DNA of 64,000 nucleotides from contig OY769902.1 of NCBI GenBank assembly GCA_963669175.1, positions 3,872,001 to 3,936,000 on the forward strand. The letters run 5' to 3'. Origin of the DNA: a bacterium. Its GTDB lineage: Bacteria > Electryoneota > Electryoneia > Electryoneales > Electryoneaceae. Under the pieces are notes generated by a model. That model was not told the DNA's origin. It saw only the letters and a list, made by a program, of their open reading frames with translations, and made no database searches. This document shows, piece after piece, positions 19,164-28,566 of this stretch; position 1 is the stretch's first letter; every line of letters starts with the position of its first letter. A program made the position numbers and the translations under genes.

Positions 19164-21764
19164 TCACTGCCCACTTTTTTCACTTATATCGTACAACTTC
19201 CGTCCCAGCGCGCTGATTTTCCGCCAGTGATCTCGAATCCGGTCAGCATCCGATTGCAGAATCCACGCGATCTCGCGTCCGGCCTCCCCTTTCAGGTTCA
19301 GCTCATTGCGGCTACGTTTCCCCGCCAGGATCATCCGCATCTCCCATTCACGCAAAATTCCATACCCTTCCTGCGCATCTCGCCAACCTGCATCACCTGT
19401 AAGATCAGCAAGATGATCAAACCTGTCCGATAGTGATGGTTGCCATAGCTCAAAAGGTATCCCTTGCTTCCAGTAGGCAAAAACAGTGGCGAATTCAAAA
19501 TCCATCATACCACCGCGTCCCTTTTTGATTGCGAGACGATCAGGGTTGGGACGTGCGCTCGCAGCCGCACGTTTCCTCGCATTGTGAATCACCTTCCAGC
19601 CTTCAGCGGCAGGTGGTGTTTCAACAAAAGATGCAAACATCGATGTCGTTTTGTCAGCAAGATCTCGATTCGTCCCGATCACTCGCGCCCGTGACCACGC
19701 CAGCTTTTCCCAGGCAGACGCTCGCGTTTGTATATAGTCTTGCAACCGGTCAATCGTGACAACCATAGGCGATCCCGACCCCTCCGGCCGGAGACGGGGG
19801 TCCATCAGGAGTTTCCCGTTCAACGAGATGGTTTCCATCCAGCGAGCGACAATAGTCTGAAGCTCTGCAAGTTCAGTGGTATCTTTTATGGTTGTAACCG
19901 GGATAACATCCAGATCACCGTAAGGGGCCAGCTCATTCCCGCCCCACTTTCCCAACGCAACCAGCGCCAGGGAATCCAGCGGCAATTCGCGGCTGCTCTT
20001 CATGGCAGACAGGACAGCATGATCAACCTGACCTGTCCATATCCGCGTACACTCCTGCACGTCCACATGACCATTCAAGAAAGCGCCGCCAATGCGGAAC
20101 AGTATCTCGCTGAGCTGACGATCTGTTTCTTTCAGGGAAACACTATCGACCTGTTTCGCTGCCGGTTCTGGCAGGCCATGTCCATAACGTCCCCAGAATC
20201 CCGGGAAATTCTGAGCCTCTTCACACAACAAAGCGCCACGAACGATCAGCCCTGTTATTTCTCTATATAATTTCCTATTACCAACGACTCCTTCAAGCCA
20301 TACTTTAGGTCCGCCAACAGCGGATACAGCACTCTCCAGCCTGGTTATTACTGTTTCCGGCGATGGTGCAGATTCGATCATTGCCATATCAATAAGCTGA
20401 CCGACTTCTCCCCACGGTCCTGACAATCTGCGTGCCAGGGAAGACAGTCGTCCCGATGCGGACGATGCTTCTTTTTCACCTTGCGGATCACTCCAGCCTG
20501 AAGCTATCACCGCCCCCAATACCAACTCCCCGAAAACGATCTGGTTGATTAGTTCTCGCTTATCTGATAGTCTTTGCATCAGCTCTTCTTCGCTGACTCC
20601 CAGTCCCCAGGCCAGTTTGATGGCAGCGGGAGTGCCAAGGGCGGGAAATGTGAATACAGGACGGTCACCATCAGCCTGCAATGCATTTTCAATCGTTCTT
20701 AGCAAACGGTAGCCGTCAGAAAGAACGATCACCTTTTCTTTTTCCAGTATACCTTCATCAGCAAGTATATCAAGCAATTGAAGCACGGTGCCTTTGCGCA
20801 ATCTCTTAATCTGACGTCCGAAAGCCAACTGGAATCCGGCGACAAGGAACTCCACGTCACGAATTCCGCCGGGGGCTCGTTTGATATCTGTTGGAGATGC
20901 GTTCTGATGAATGGCGAACAGCATCCCGGCAGTTTCCTCAAGGCGCTTGTGTGGGTCCGTTCCAGGCGGGAAAAGGAAACTGTTCAACAGGCTTTCAAAC
21001 CAGTCCGGCGCATCACCATGAACCAGGCGAGCTCTCAGGTAAGCGATCCGTTCCCATGGCGCCGCGCGTCGCATCAGGTATTCTTCCAGCTTTGCATAGC
21101 GGAACACCAGTGGACCATTGTCCCCTTCCGGGCGCAGGCGAAGATCGACACGATATACTTCCGGTTCACCAGGCGGGACAAAGCGTTTCAGCCATTCACG
21201 GACAGATTTGTCCGCCTCTTCCGGTTCAAGAGCATCTGTTCGAAATAGTATGGGATCAATATCACTGGAAGCATTCAGCTCGTTGCCTCCCCATTTCCCC
21301 ATAGCCCAGAGCCCCAGTCCTTCCGGGAACGGATCAAACGCTTTCAGGCACACATCATCGGCAAGTTCAGACAAATCCGCCAGTGTGTGTTCCAGCGGTA
21401 CAAGGTTCATACGATCGCGGAGAAGGATTTTCAGCCAGATGTGACGTTTATACCGTCCTATGCGGGGTAACGGCGATGGGTTATCCTGGAACGGCCGGTC
21501 TATCCAGCCTTTTTGAAAAAACGGTGTGGCAAGTTCAGGATAGCGAATAACCTCATCTACAGGCGCTTCACCCAGTCCAAGAAGATGCTTGAGGATATCA
21601 ATACCGAATGGGTCCAGGTACTGAAGCACTCGTGTTACGATAGGAAGCGCCTGACGCAACCGTATAAATCGGGCATCGAGTGTTTCACGGTGTCCGTTCC
21701 GGGCAACCAGATCGTTGAAACGATCCAGTATCAGTATATCCTGGTTTGTATTCAGCACAATCAA
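19164..21764 (-). CDS. glnE: Bifunctional glutamine synthetase adenylyltransferase/removase (GlnE-like)
   Basis: Two NT domains: MGKWGGNELNASSDID...VDLRLRPEG...WER...DIKRAPGGIRDVEF and LGKWGGNEL..GDLD...DPRLRPEG...WEK...KKGRGGMMDFEF. Start uncertain. Confidence 0.88.
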   Translation of the reverse strand: MIVLNTNQDILILDRFNDLVARNGHRETLDARFIRLRQALPIVTRVLQYLDPFGIDILKHLLGLGEAPVDEVIRYPELATPFFQKGWIDRPFQDNPSPLPRIGRYKRHIWLKILLRDRMNLVPLEHTLADLSELADDVCLKAFDPFPEGLGLWAMGKWGGNELNASSDIDPILFRTDALEPEEADKSVREWLKRFVPPGEPEVYRVDLRLRPEGDNGPLVFRYAKLEEYLMRRAAPWERIAYLRARLVHGDAPDWFESLLNSFLFPPGTDPHKRLEETAGMLFAIHQNASPTDIKRAPGGIRDVEFLVAGFQLAFGRQIKRLRKGTVLQLLDILADEGILEKEKVIVLSDGYRLLRTIENALQADGDRPVFTFPALGTPAAIKLAWGLGVSEEELMQRLSDKRELINQIVFGELVLGAVIASGWSDPQGEKEASSASGRLSSLARRLSGPWGEVGQLIDMAMIESAPSPETVITRLESAVSAVGGPKVWLEGVVGNRKLYREITGLIVRGALLCEEAQNFPGFWGRYGHGLPEPAAKQVDSVSLKETDRQLSEILFRIGGAFLNGHVDVQECTRIWTGQVDHAVLSAMKSSRELPLDSLALVALGKWGGNELAPYGDLDVIPVTTIKDTTELAELQTIVARWMETISLNGKLLMDPRLRPEGSGSPMVVTIDRLQDYIQTRASAWEKLAWSRARVIGTNRDLADKTTSMFASFVETPPAAEGWKVIHNARKRAAASARPNPDRLAIKKGRGGMMDFEFATVFAYWKQGIPFELWQPSLSDRFDHLADLTGDAGWRDAQEGYGILREWEMRMILAGKRSRNELNLKGEAGREIAWILQSDADRIRDHWRKISALGRKLYDISEKSGQ

Positions 21765-21889
21765 AAGTAGGGATGGAAAGCGTTAACATCAATAAAAATC
21801 TTTTCACTCATTCGGCGAATCAGTTGAGTTGTTAAAATTCTGTAAGTACATTCGAATCCGTTTAGTGCTTACCGGGGATGGAGGCAAAG

Positions 21890-24568
21890 ATGACACGGAC
21901 AAGAGCAACGCACTTCGCGCTCTTCTTGTTACTACTGGTTACAGGATACTCTGTTTCATTTGCAACACCGCATGTTTCTCCTGAAGAACTTGACCAGCAA
22001 TTACAGGCTCACCCGCGCTCCTTTTCACCTGAACATACTCCGCTGTTCTACACAAACGAACTCAACGAACTGGATGAATACGAATACGTCCTGCGCATGG
22101 TTGAAGCGCTGGATTTCATGGCTTCTCTCCAGGTAACTGACCAGGGCGCTGATTTCGGCGGCATGATGGAGGGTGAACAGGATCTGGATATCATCCAGAC
22201 GGACAACACGCAGGAGGCGTTGCGGGACTGGTCTTATTTCGGACGTTTATCCGGTGACACAACTCGTTATCGTGATAATATTGATGCGGCCTGGGAATAC
22301 ATCCTGAATTTCCCGGCTTATGATGAAGAGGGTGATGTTAATCCGTACTACTATCGTGTACACAACTGCGGCTGGGGTTTGATGGCAACCATGGAATACA
22401 TGGAGACCTATGGTGACTCTACCTACCTTTGGTATGGCGATAGTTGCGCCAGTTATATCGACACCTACCGTCTCCCCATCAACGGCAACGCCATCAATCC
22501 CCTGGCTGCCGGTTATGGCGCCGGTACTCTGTATATCTACGGTGTCTGGCGTCAAAACCAGGATTGGATTGACGCAGCCCAGGAAATCGCTACGGATGTA
22601 CAAGGCTGGATCGAGGCCGACCCTTCGCGTCTGCACAACTATGAAACCTGGGCCATGTCCGCCGGAACAGCCATGTGGGGTGTGGTGACAGCCCTGTATC
22701 GTGATGATCATGAAGCTGGCGCTGAATGGATTCCCCAGTTTGTGGATTCTCTGGATGTCTATTCCGGCGTGGGAAACTGGAACAACTCCTGGACTGTCTG
22801 GTATGGTCACGCCTGGACTGCTATCCACAGCATTCTGGATGATCCTCAGAGTCTCGCCAACGCGCATGAAGTCGTCGATTTCCTGCTGGACCAGGATGAG
22901 CCGGACCGTGATGGCGGTATCCCGGCAACGGAAGGGATTCATCAAAACGATCAGTCCTGGACAACGGCTTACATGGTCTGGTACACCATGGAACCGATCA
23001 TTGCGGAAACCAACCCGCAGTATGATGCGACCCTGCTGAGTCTCGACAACCATGATCCAGACTGGCCCTTGTTCCAGGACGATACTTTCAACTTCGACCT
23101 GACCATCGGCAATTCAGGCCTGTATCCCCTGGACAGCATCATCGTTCAAATGCAGTACGGTCCGTTTACATTCGCAGATACTGTTGATCTTGAGTTTGGG
23201 CAATATGGCACAGTTCACCTTGAACCGGGCTGGATGCCAGACGAAACAAGTGATGTTGAGCTCGAATTTACTCTGATCCATCCTGACGACGGCAATCCGG
23301 CAAACAACACGCTGAATGTCACTTACAATGTGCTTCCCGTTGAAAGAGTAGCAGGAATGATCTATGACCCGGACTCGACCGATGGAGTACTGAGTCGGCT
23401 TGACGCTTACCTGTACTGGAATGAATCGGATTCGCTGTACAGAAGTATCGAAAACGATACGACCGGTGAATTTTCCGGTATGCTGGGCAGGGGTACATAC
23501 AGGCTGGAATTTGTTCCCCTCGCCCCCCCATATACTCCACGGGTTATTGACAGCCTGGAGATCAATGAAGGTGGCGTTGATGATATCGAAATCGAATTGA
23601 CACGTGCACCGCTGTTACTGGTTCTGGAAGATGGTAATGGTGATTATGAACGCTATTATACGGAAGTCCTTGATTCGCTTGACATTGACACCTATATCTG
23701 GAAATCCTACGAATATGGTATCCCGGATGATACGATTAAATATTTCCATTCCGTAATCTGGTCCTGTGGTGACCTGGATGACCATATCCTTGCCATGAGT
23801 AACTGGAGTGAAATCAATTCATTCCTTCAGGAAGGCGGATCTATCCTGCTCACAGGACAGAACATCCAGGATAAGTGGCATGGATTCTCAATCCTGCGCA
23901 ACGGCTTCCGTGTCGATGAAGGCACACTGGGCATTACCGGCGACCCAAGCCTCCGGATTCTCCATGGAGTGGATGGTGATACGGTCGTTTATAATGACAG
24001 CCTGATCATCTTCGGTATCAATGGCGGGGCAAACAACCAGGTAGCTCCTGATGAAGCCGTACCGGCAGATAACGAAGCCATGCCTATCCTGTACTATGGG
24101 CATTCTGATTCTGTCGCTGCTGTCGCTTTCCAACATCCTGAGATTGGATATCATACCGTCTTTTGCGGGTTTGGTGTGGAGGCTATCAATAGTCAACCGC
24201 CGGATGGCTACATCACTCGTGTCGATTTCCTGCGCCGGGTTCTGGCATGGTTTGAATTGATTGACGATACCGTGAATGTTCAAGAGCCAGGGTCTACTCT
24301 TCTCCCCACAGAACTGGCGCTGAAAACATGGCCCAACCCGTTTAACCATGTGCTTCGCCTTGAAGTCGCGCTTCCCATGAAAAGTGAAGTGGAGATCAAA
24401 GTGTTTGATATCCTCGGGCGTGAAGTGGCGGCATGGGAACCGAGAACCATGTCAACCGGATTGCATCGATTTACCTGGAACGCTACAAACCTGGCCAGCG
24501 GAACCTATTTTGTCCGGATTCGCACACAAAACCAGCAACTGGTCAAGAAGGCATTGCTGCTGAAATAG
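21890..24568 (+). CDS. Secreted protein with alpha/alpha-barrel-like N-domain, CARDB/Ig-like modules and Por/T9SS-type C-terminal sorting domain
   Basis: Signal peptide, GGAGG RBS, and C-terminal WPNPFN...VFDILGREV...WNATNLASGTYFVRI...LLK. Confidence 0.85.
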   Translation: MTRTRATHFALFLLLLVTGYSVSFATPHVSPEELDQQLQAHPRSFSPEHTPLFYTNELNELDEYEYVLRMVEALDFMASLQVTDQGADFGGMMEGEQDLDIIQTDNTQEALRDWSYFGRLSGDTTRYRDNIDAAWEYILNFPAYDEEGDVNPYYYRVHNCGWGLMATMEYMETYGDSTYLWYGDSCASYIDTYRLPINGNAINPLAAGYGAGTLYIYGVWRQNQDWIDAAQEIATDVQGWIEADPSRLHNYETWAMSAGTAMWGVVTALYRDDHEAGAEWIPQFVDSLDVYSGVGNWNNSWTVWYGHAWTAIHSILDDPQSLANAHEVVDFLLDQDEPDRDGGIPATEGIHQNDQSWTTAYMVWYTMEPIIAETNPQYDATLLSLDNHDPDWPLFQDDTFNFDLTIGNSGLYPLDSIIVQMQYGPFTFADTVDLEFGQYGTVHLEPGWMPDETSDVELEFTLIHPDDGNPANNTLNVTYNVLPVERVAGMIYDPDSTDGVLSRLDAYLYWNESDSLYRSIENDTTGEFSGMLGRGTYRLEFVPLAPPYTPRVIDSLEINEGGVDDIEIELTRAPLLLVLEDGNGDYERYYTEVLDSLDIDTYIWKSYEYGIPDDTIKYFHSVIWSCGDLDDHILAMSNWSEINSFLQEGGSILLTGQNIQDKWHGFSILRNGFRVDEGTLGITGDPSLRILHGVDGDTVVYNDSLIIFGINGGANNQVAPDEAVPADNEAMPILYYGHSDSVAAVAFQHPEIGYHTVFCGFGVEAINSQPPDGYITRVDFLRRVLAWFELIDDTVNVQEPGSTLLPTELALKTWPNPFNHVLRLEVALPMKSEVEIKVFDILGREVAAWEPRTMSTGLHRFTWNATNLASGTYFVRIRTQNQQLVKKALLLK

Positions 24569-24623
24569 GAATCCAGGTACAATTCCTGTCTGCCCGGTGA
24601 AGCTCACGATAGATTGAATAGCG

Positions 24624-25592
24624 ATGCAAAAACCGTATTCAGTGCAAAAGATGATGGCCGGGATGATTGATTATACCGGTCCATTCTCACCTGATAAGCT
24701 CACGTTGAAGACGGCGTTGCATACCTTCTCCGCATGCCGGTTTCGACCGGATGTCTGGATGCTTTCCCGGTTTATTGTTCCTGTAGCGATGCTGAACAGA
24801 TTGCCGGAATTCAGAGACGATGTTTTCGCGGCCTTTCCCCCGTTTCCCCTTGGTGTGTCGGGCAAACATGCGGAAGACGAATCGCATTTCGTCCAAACGA
24901 TAGAAGATGATCTCCAGACCATAGAAAAATTGCATAACACTCTGCCGGGATGGGTGCGTGTGGATGTTCTGGAAACAGGCTTGCCCGCTGCACTTTTCAC
25001 TGGGGAACAGAACTACACGGATATCATTGCGGAACTTTCAGCACTGCTTGAAGACAACGGTCCACGGTATTTCTCGCCGTTCCTGGAAATCCCCTGGGCA
25101 GACGGATGGAATGATAATCGGGACACCTTTATCAAAACGCTGGCAAAGCAGAACAGAAGTACAGAGATCACTGTGGGGATCAAGGTCAGTACCGGAGGCG
25201 CCACGCCTGAAGCGTTTCCCGGTACAGATGTTCTGGCGCATATCATCGGTATCTGTCGCGATCACAACATCCCATTGAAAATGACAGGCGGCCTCCTGCA
25301 TCCTTTCCGTCATCATGATGAATCTATGAATACAGACATGCACGGTTTCATCAATGTTATCACGGCTGTCACCCTGGCGAGAACAGCTTTCCTGGAATAT
25401 ACTGACATCGAGACTATCCTGAAGGATCAGAACGCCGACCACTTCATCCTCAATGATGAAGGCATAGCCTATGGCGATTGGTCCGCCAGCACGGATGATA
25501 TTAGCCTGGCACGTCAGCAGGGACTGGTTTCAATCGGGATAGAAGACCTTCATCTCGCAATAGACAGCCTACGTAAATCGAAACTGCTATAA
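24624..25592 (+). CDS. Conserved hypothetical protein (probable TIM-barrel enzyme-like)
   Basis: IDYTGPF.P, K.STGG...AFP and KMTGGL.HP.R...HGFIN motifs resemble an uncharacterised conserved family. Confidence 0.65.
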   Translation: MQKPYSVQKMMAGMIDYTGPFSPDKLTLKTALHTFSACRFRPDVWMLSRFIVPVAMLNRLPEFRDDVFAAFPPFPLGVSGKHAEDESHFVQTIEDDLQTIEKLHNTLPGWVRVDVLETGLPAALFTGEQNYTDIIAELSALLEDNGPRYFSPFLEIPWADGWNDNRDTFIKTLAKQNRSTEITVGIKVSTGGATPEAFPGTDVLAHIIGICRDHNIPLKMTGGLLHPFRHHDESMNTDMHGFINVITAVTLARTAFLEYTDIETILKDQNADHFILNDEGIAYGDWSASTDDISLARQQGLVSIGIEDLHLAIDSLRKSKLL

Positions 25593-25742
25593 TCTTGACA
25601 TTAGCGAAAGCAAAAGGGAGCACAGTTATGCTAATGGACCGATTCACAAGAAGTTCCTGAAAGTCATTGCCGTTTCAGGTTGACGGTAGATTCATTCTGG
25701 CGCTGACCATCTGTCTTGTCTAGAGTACGCTTCTTCTTGGCT

Positions 25743-25880
25743 GACCGCTTTCGGAAACATATTTATCGATTCTTTCTGGCGGACCACTTTCGGAAACATA
25801 TTTATCGATTCTTTCTGGCGGACCACTTTCGGAAACATATTTATCGATTCTTTCTGGCGGACCACTTTCGGAAACATATT
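25743..25880. repeat. 39-bp tandem repeat, about 3.5 copies
   Basis: Unit GACCACTTTCGGAAACATATTTATCGATTCTTTCTGGCG starting at 25743, 25782, 25821 and 25860; no spacers. Confidence 0.95.
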
Positions 25881-25889
25881 CATTTGTTT

Positions 25890-26500
25890 TAGCAGGCTTT
25901 AGCCTGCTCCTCTTAGCCCCCGGCTTCAGCCCTGTCTCTTACCCACATCTTCTGAAAGCTGTATCAGTAAAAGAGTTGTGGACATAGCATTTTTAGAATC
26001 CCGGCGGGATTCCCTATTTTAGCATAGTGTACAGGCCGTCTGTTTGGCCTGTACACTATGTCAGGTATTCTAACGAATAATCAACCCTGGAAGGGTTGCA
26101 TAATACGCGATTCATATTAGTACGTTCAATAAATACAGGAAATAACGCATTTTATATTCTATACAAACCAATTGGGTGTAAATTATACGTTATGCAACCC
26201 TTCCAGGGTTGAGATAAGGTTTGATCTTTTTCGTAGGGTAGACGCTAAACAGATAGCGTCAACCCTACGCTAAAATATACCACCCCCTCTGGGGTGGCAG
26301 AAACACGAAGATGTGAGCAAGAGACAGGGCTTCAGCCGGGGGGGACTGGGGCACAACGATATCGAGCGCCCTTCAGGGTGCTTTCCTGATTTGAAATAGT
26401 TTTATCACGAGAAAGCACGCTAAAGCGCGCTCATCGTTTTTGTTAAATCCATCCACCCGGCTGAAGCCGGGTGCTAAGAGGAGCCTGCTGAAGCAGGCTA
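25890..26500. repeat. REPIN-like palindromic element, family A copy 1 (interrupted by MITE)
   Basis: Left hairpins AGCAGGCTTTAGCCTGCT, CCCGGCTTCAGCCGGG and AGCGCCCTTCAGGGTGCT are mirrored on the right by AGCACGCTAAAGCGCGCT, CCCGGCTGAAGCCGGG and AGCCTGCTGAAGCAGGCT. Confidence 0.8.
25932..26327 (+). mobile_element. Non-autonomous IS4-family (IS50-like ends) MITE, copy 1, 396 bp
   Basis: TIRs CTGTCTCTTACCCACATCTTC / GAAGATGTGAGCAAGAGACAG; 10-bp direct repeat GGCTTCAGCC at 25922-25931 and 26328-26337. Confidence 0.9.
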
Positions 26501-26530
26501 ATTTTTTTCGAATCAGCAAATACTTTCGTG

Positions 26531-26754
26531 GACTACGAGATTCCCCCACTGTCCTTTGATTGTTCTACTAAACAGGGGAACTACGAGATTCCCCCACTGT
26601 CCTTTGGTTGTTTTACTAAACAGGGGGACTACGAGATTCCCCCACTGTCCTTTGGTTGTTCTACTAAACAGGGGAACTACGAGATTCCCCCACTGTCCTT
26701 TGGTTGTTCTACTATACAGGGGGACTACGAGATTCCCCCACTGTCCATTGGTTA
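26531..26754. repeat. 48-bp tandem repeat, about 4.7 copies
   Basis: Unit (G/A)ACTACGAGATTCCCCCACTGTCCTTTGGTTGTTCTACTAAACAGGGG at 26531, 26579, 26627, 26675 and 26723. Confidence 0.95.
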
Positions 26755-26913
26755 TACCTCTGCACAGAAGGTCTCACAGTGAATTGTAACCACAAGATAT
26801 TCTTACTATTTACAGCCCTCCGGTTCTATATTTCCGCCTCTGCTCCAATATGTTTCTGCATAAAACGGTCGTACCTTTTTCGTCCTGATATAGTCACAGA
26901 AAAGGTGTCATCC

Positions 26914-27582
26914 TTGTCCTCAACCAAAGAAAAGCCCGCCCTGCAATGGCGTCCCCAGAGCCAGGGTGAAGAGATAGCCAACAGCATCACGCATGGCATC
27001 GGCATCGCTATCGGCGTAGCTGCGCTGGTGCTGCTGGTGGTTTTTGCCGCAAGACGTGGCGATGCCTGGGCTGTAACCAGCTTCAGCATCTACGGCGCTT
27101 CCATGATACTGCTATACACGGCCTCAACCCTGTATCACAGTTTCCGTGACGAAAAGATCAAACGCCTGTTCAAACTGTTCGATCACGCCTCCATTTACCT
27201 GCTGATCGCCGGAACCTATACCCCGATTCTGCTCACCATGATGCGTGGCGCCTGGGGCTGGTCGTTGTTCGGTGTGATATGGGGACTGGCAATCTTTGGC
27301 GTGGCTTTCAAAATCATGTTTGTCGGACGGTTCAAAGTGTTATCCGTCCTGATATACCTGGCAATGGGCTGGATGATTGTTGTTGCCTTCAAGCCGATGC
27401 TGGCTGCAGTCCCCACTGGCTTCCTGATCTGGCTGATGATCGGCGGCGCCTGCTATACGCTTGGTGTCATTTTTTACGTCTGGCGCACCTTTCCCTATCA
27501 CCATTCTGTCTGGCATCTGTTCGTGCTAGGCGGAAGCATCTCCCATTTCTTCGGGCTGTTGTTTCACGTGGCCTTGAAGTAG
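26914..27582 (+). CDS. Hemolysin III / PAQR family membrane protein (TrhA/YqfA-like)
   Basis: EEIANSITHG, STLYH, DHASIYLLIAGTYTP and HSVWHLFV. TTG start inferred, since the track start lies inside the repeat. Confidence 0.92.
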   Translation: MSSTKEKPALQWRPQSQGEEIANSITHGIGIAIGVAALVLLVVFAARRGDAWAVTSFSIYGASMILLYTASTLYHSFRDEKIKRLFKLFDHASIYLLIAGTYTPILLTMMRGAWGWSLFGVIWGLAIFGVAFKIMFVGRFKVLSVLIYLAMGWMIVVAFKPMLAAVPTGFLIWLMIGGACYTLGVIFYVWRTFPYHHSVWHLFVLGGSISHFFGLLFHVALK

Positions 27583-27656
27583 GGGTATGAATGCGGGAAA
27601 GTCCAACTCAGGCTTTTCCGCAGTTTCCCTGAAAAGGGACAAAATGGACGTAAAAA

Positions 27657-27679
27657 ACCCACCTACATCCGGTGGGTTG
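27657..27679. terminator. Probable terminator hairpin between convergent genes
   Basis: AACCCACC-TACATCC-GGTGGGTT preceded by an A-run (T-run on the minus strand). Confidence 0.5.
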
Positions 27680-27713
27680 AATTTGCTACCTGCTTCCATG
27701 AACACCCAGTATG

Positions 27714-28397
27714 CTACTGGTGAAACCTCATTGTCGGGGCGACCAGGATATGGCTGGCGACATCACGATCCAGGCACATGGTATGATCACCGACGCTTAC
27801 GACCAGTTTTCCGACCATTGGATCATTAAGTCGTGAAATGGGACGACCGGGATGACCTCCGATTTCACTGAGTCCTGCCAGCTCCTTGTGACTCCGATGA
27901 TCGACACGGCTTAAAATCGCACGTCCCCCCTCCTCAAGATCTGTCAGGGGAATCAGGTGCTTTTCCGGCATATTGCCATCCTCGTCCGGGATGGGATCGC
28001 CATACGGGCTGTATGCAGGATGTCCAAGCTTGGTATCAATCCGCTCCAAGAGCTTGTCGCTTACGGTATGTTCCAGGAGACGCACTTCATCATGCACATC
28101 TTCTGTCGTATAGTTCAAAAATTGAACCAGAAAAGTCTCGAGAATACGATGCCTGCGGATCAGGCGAACCGCCAGACGACGTCCCTGTTCGGTTAATTCG
28201 GGCGGACGATAACGTCGATAACGAATCCAGCCACGATAATGCAGCCGCCGTAACATGCCGGTCACAGAAGGCGCCTTAACCCCGAACATCTCAGCCAGTT
28301 TACTGGTGCCAGGACGCTTGCCTTCGTATTCAAAACGAAACAGTGCCAACAGGTATTCTTCCGCTGAATGCGAAATGCGAGGTCTGTAGGCTGTCAT
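27714..28397 (-). CDS. DtxR/MntR family metal-dependent repressor with FeoA-like C-terminal domain
   Basis: EEYL, APSVTGML, RRHRILETFL, LEH and P.GDPIP motifs; GGAGG RBS before ATG 28397. Confidence 0.92.
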   Translation of the reverse strand: MTAYRPRISHSAEEYLLALFRFEYEGKRPGTSKLAEMFGVKAPSVTGMLRRLHYRGWIRYRRYRPPELTEQGRRLAVRLIRRHRILETFLVQFLNYTTEDVHDEVRLLEHTVSDKLLERIDTKLGHPAYSPYGDPIPDEDGNMPEKHLIPLTDLEEGGRAILSRVDHRSHKELAGLSEIGGHPGRPISRLNDPMVGKLVVSVGDHTMCLDRDVASHILVAPTMRFHQ

Positions 28398-28412
28398 GTA
28401 TGCCTCCATCAG

Positions 28413-28426
28413 TTAGGGTATCCTAA
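28413..28426. promoter_or_regulatory. Putative DtxR-family operator
   Basis: Palindrome TTAGG-GTAT-CCTAA immediately upstream of the RBS of the DtxR-family gene. Confidence 0.65.
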
Positions 28427-28566
28427 TATGATCCCCTGCAAGTAAGTCTTTCAACATCGATCCTAACCTTCTCCAGGCGAAGAGAGTCATCCGCAGGATC
28501 CTGCTGTTTTCTTTCTATTCGAAGACAGGCATGTTACCTTACGGGATCGGGTAGACTAACGGTTAG

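Noticed and set aside
25932-25950. Nextera/Tn5 adapter contamination
   Set aside because: The ends differ from the mosaic end at 2-3 positions, come as inverted pairs around a conserved 395-bp body in three loci, and have 10-bp target duplications.
25743-26754. 39-bp and 48-bp repeats as CRISPR arrays or repeat-protein ORFs
   Set aside because: Units are head-to-tail with no unique spacers and there are no cas genes. The short ORFs arise only because the unit lengths are multiples of three.
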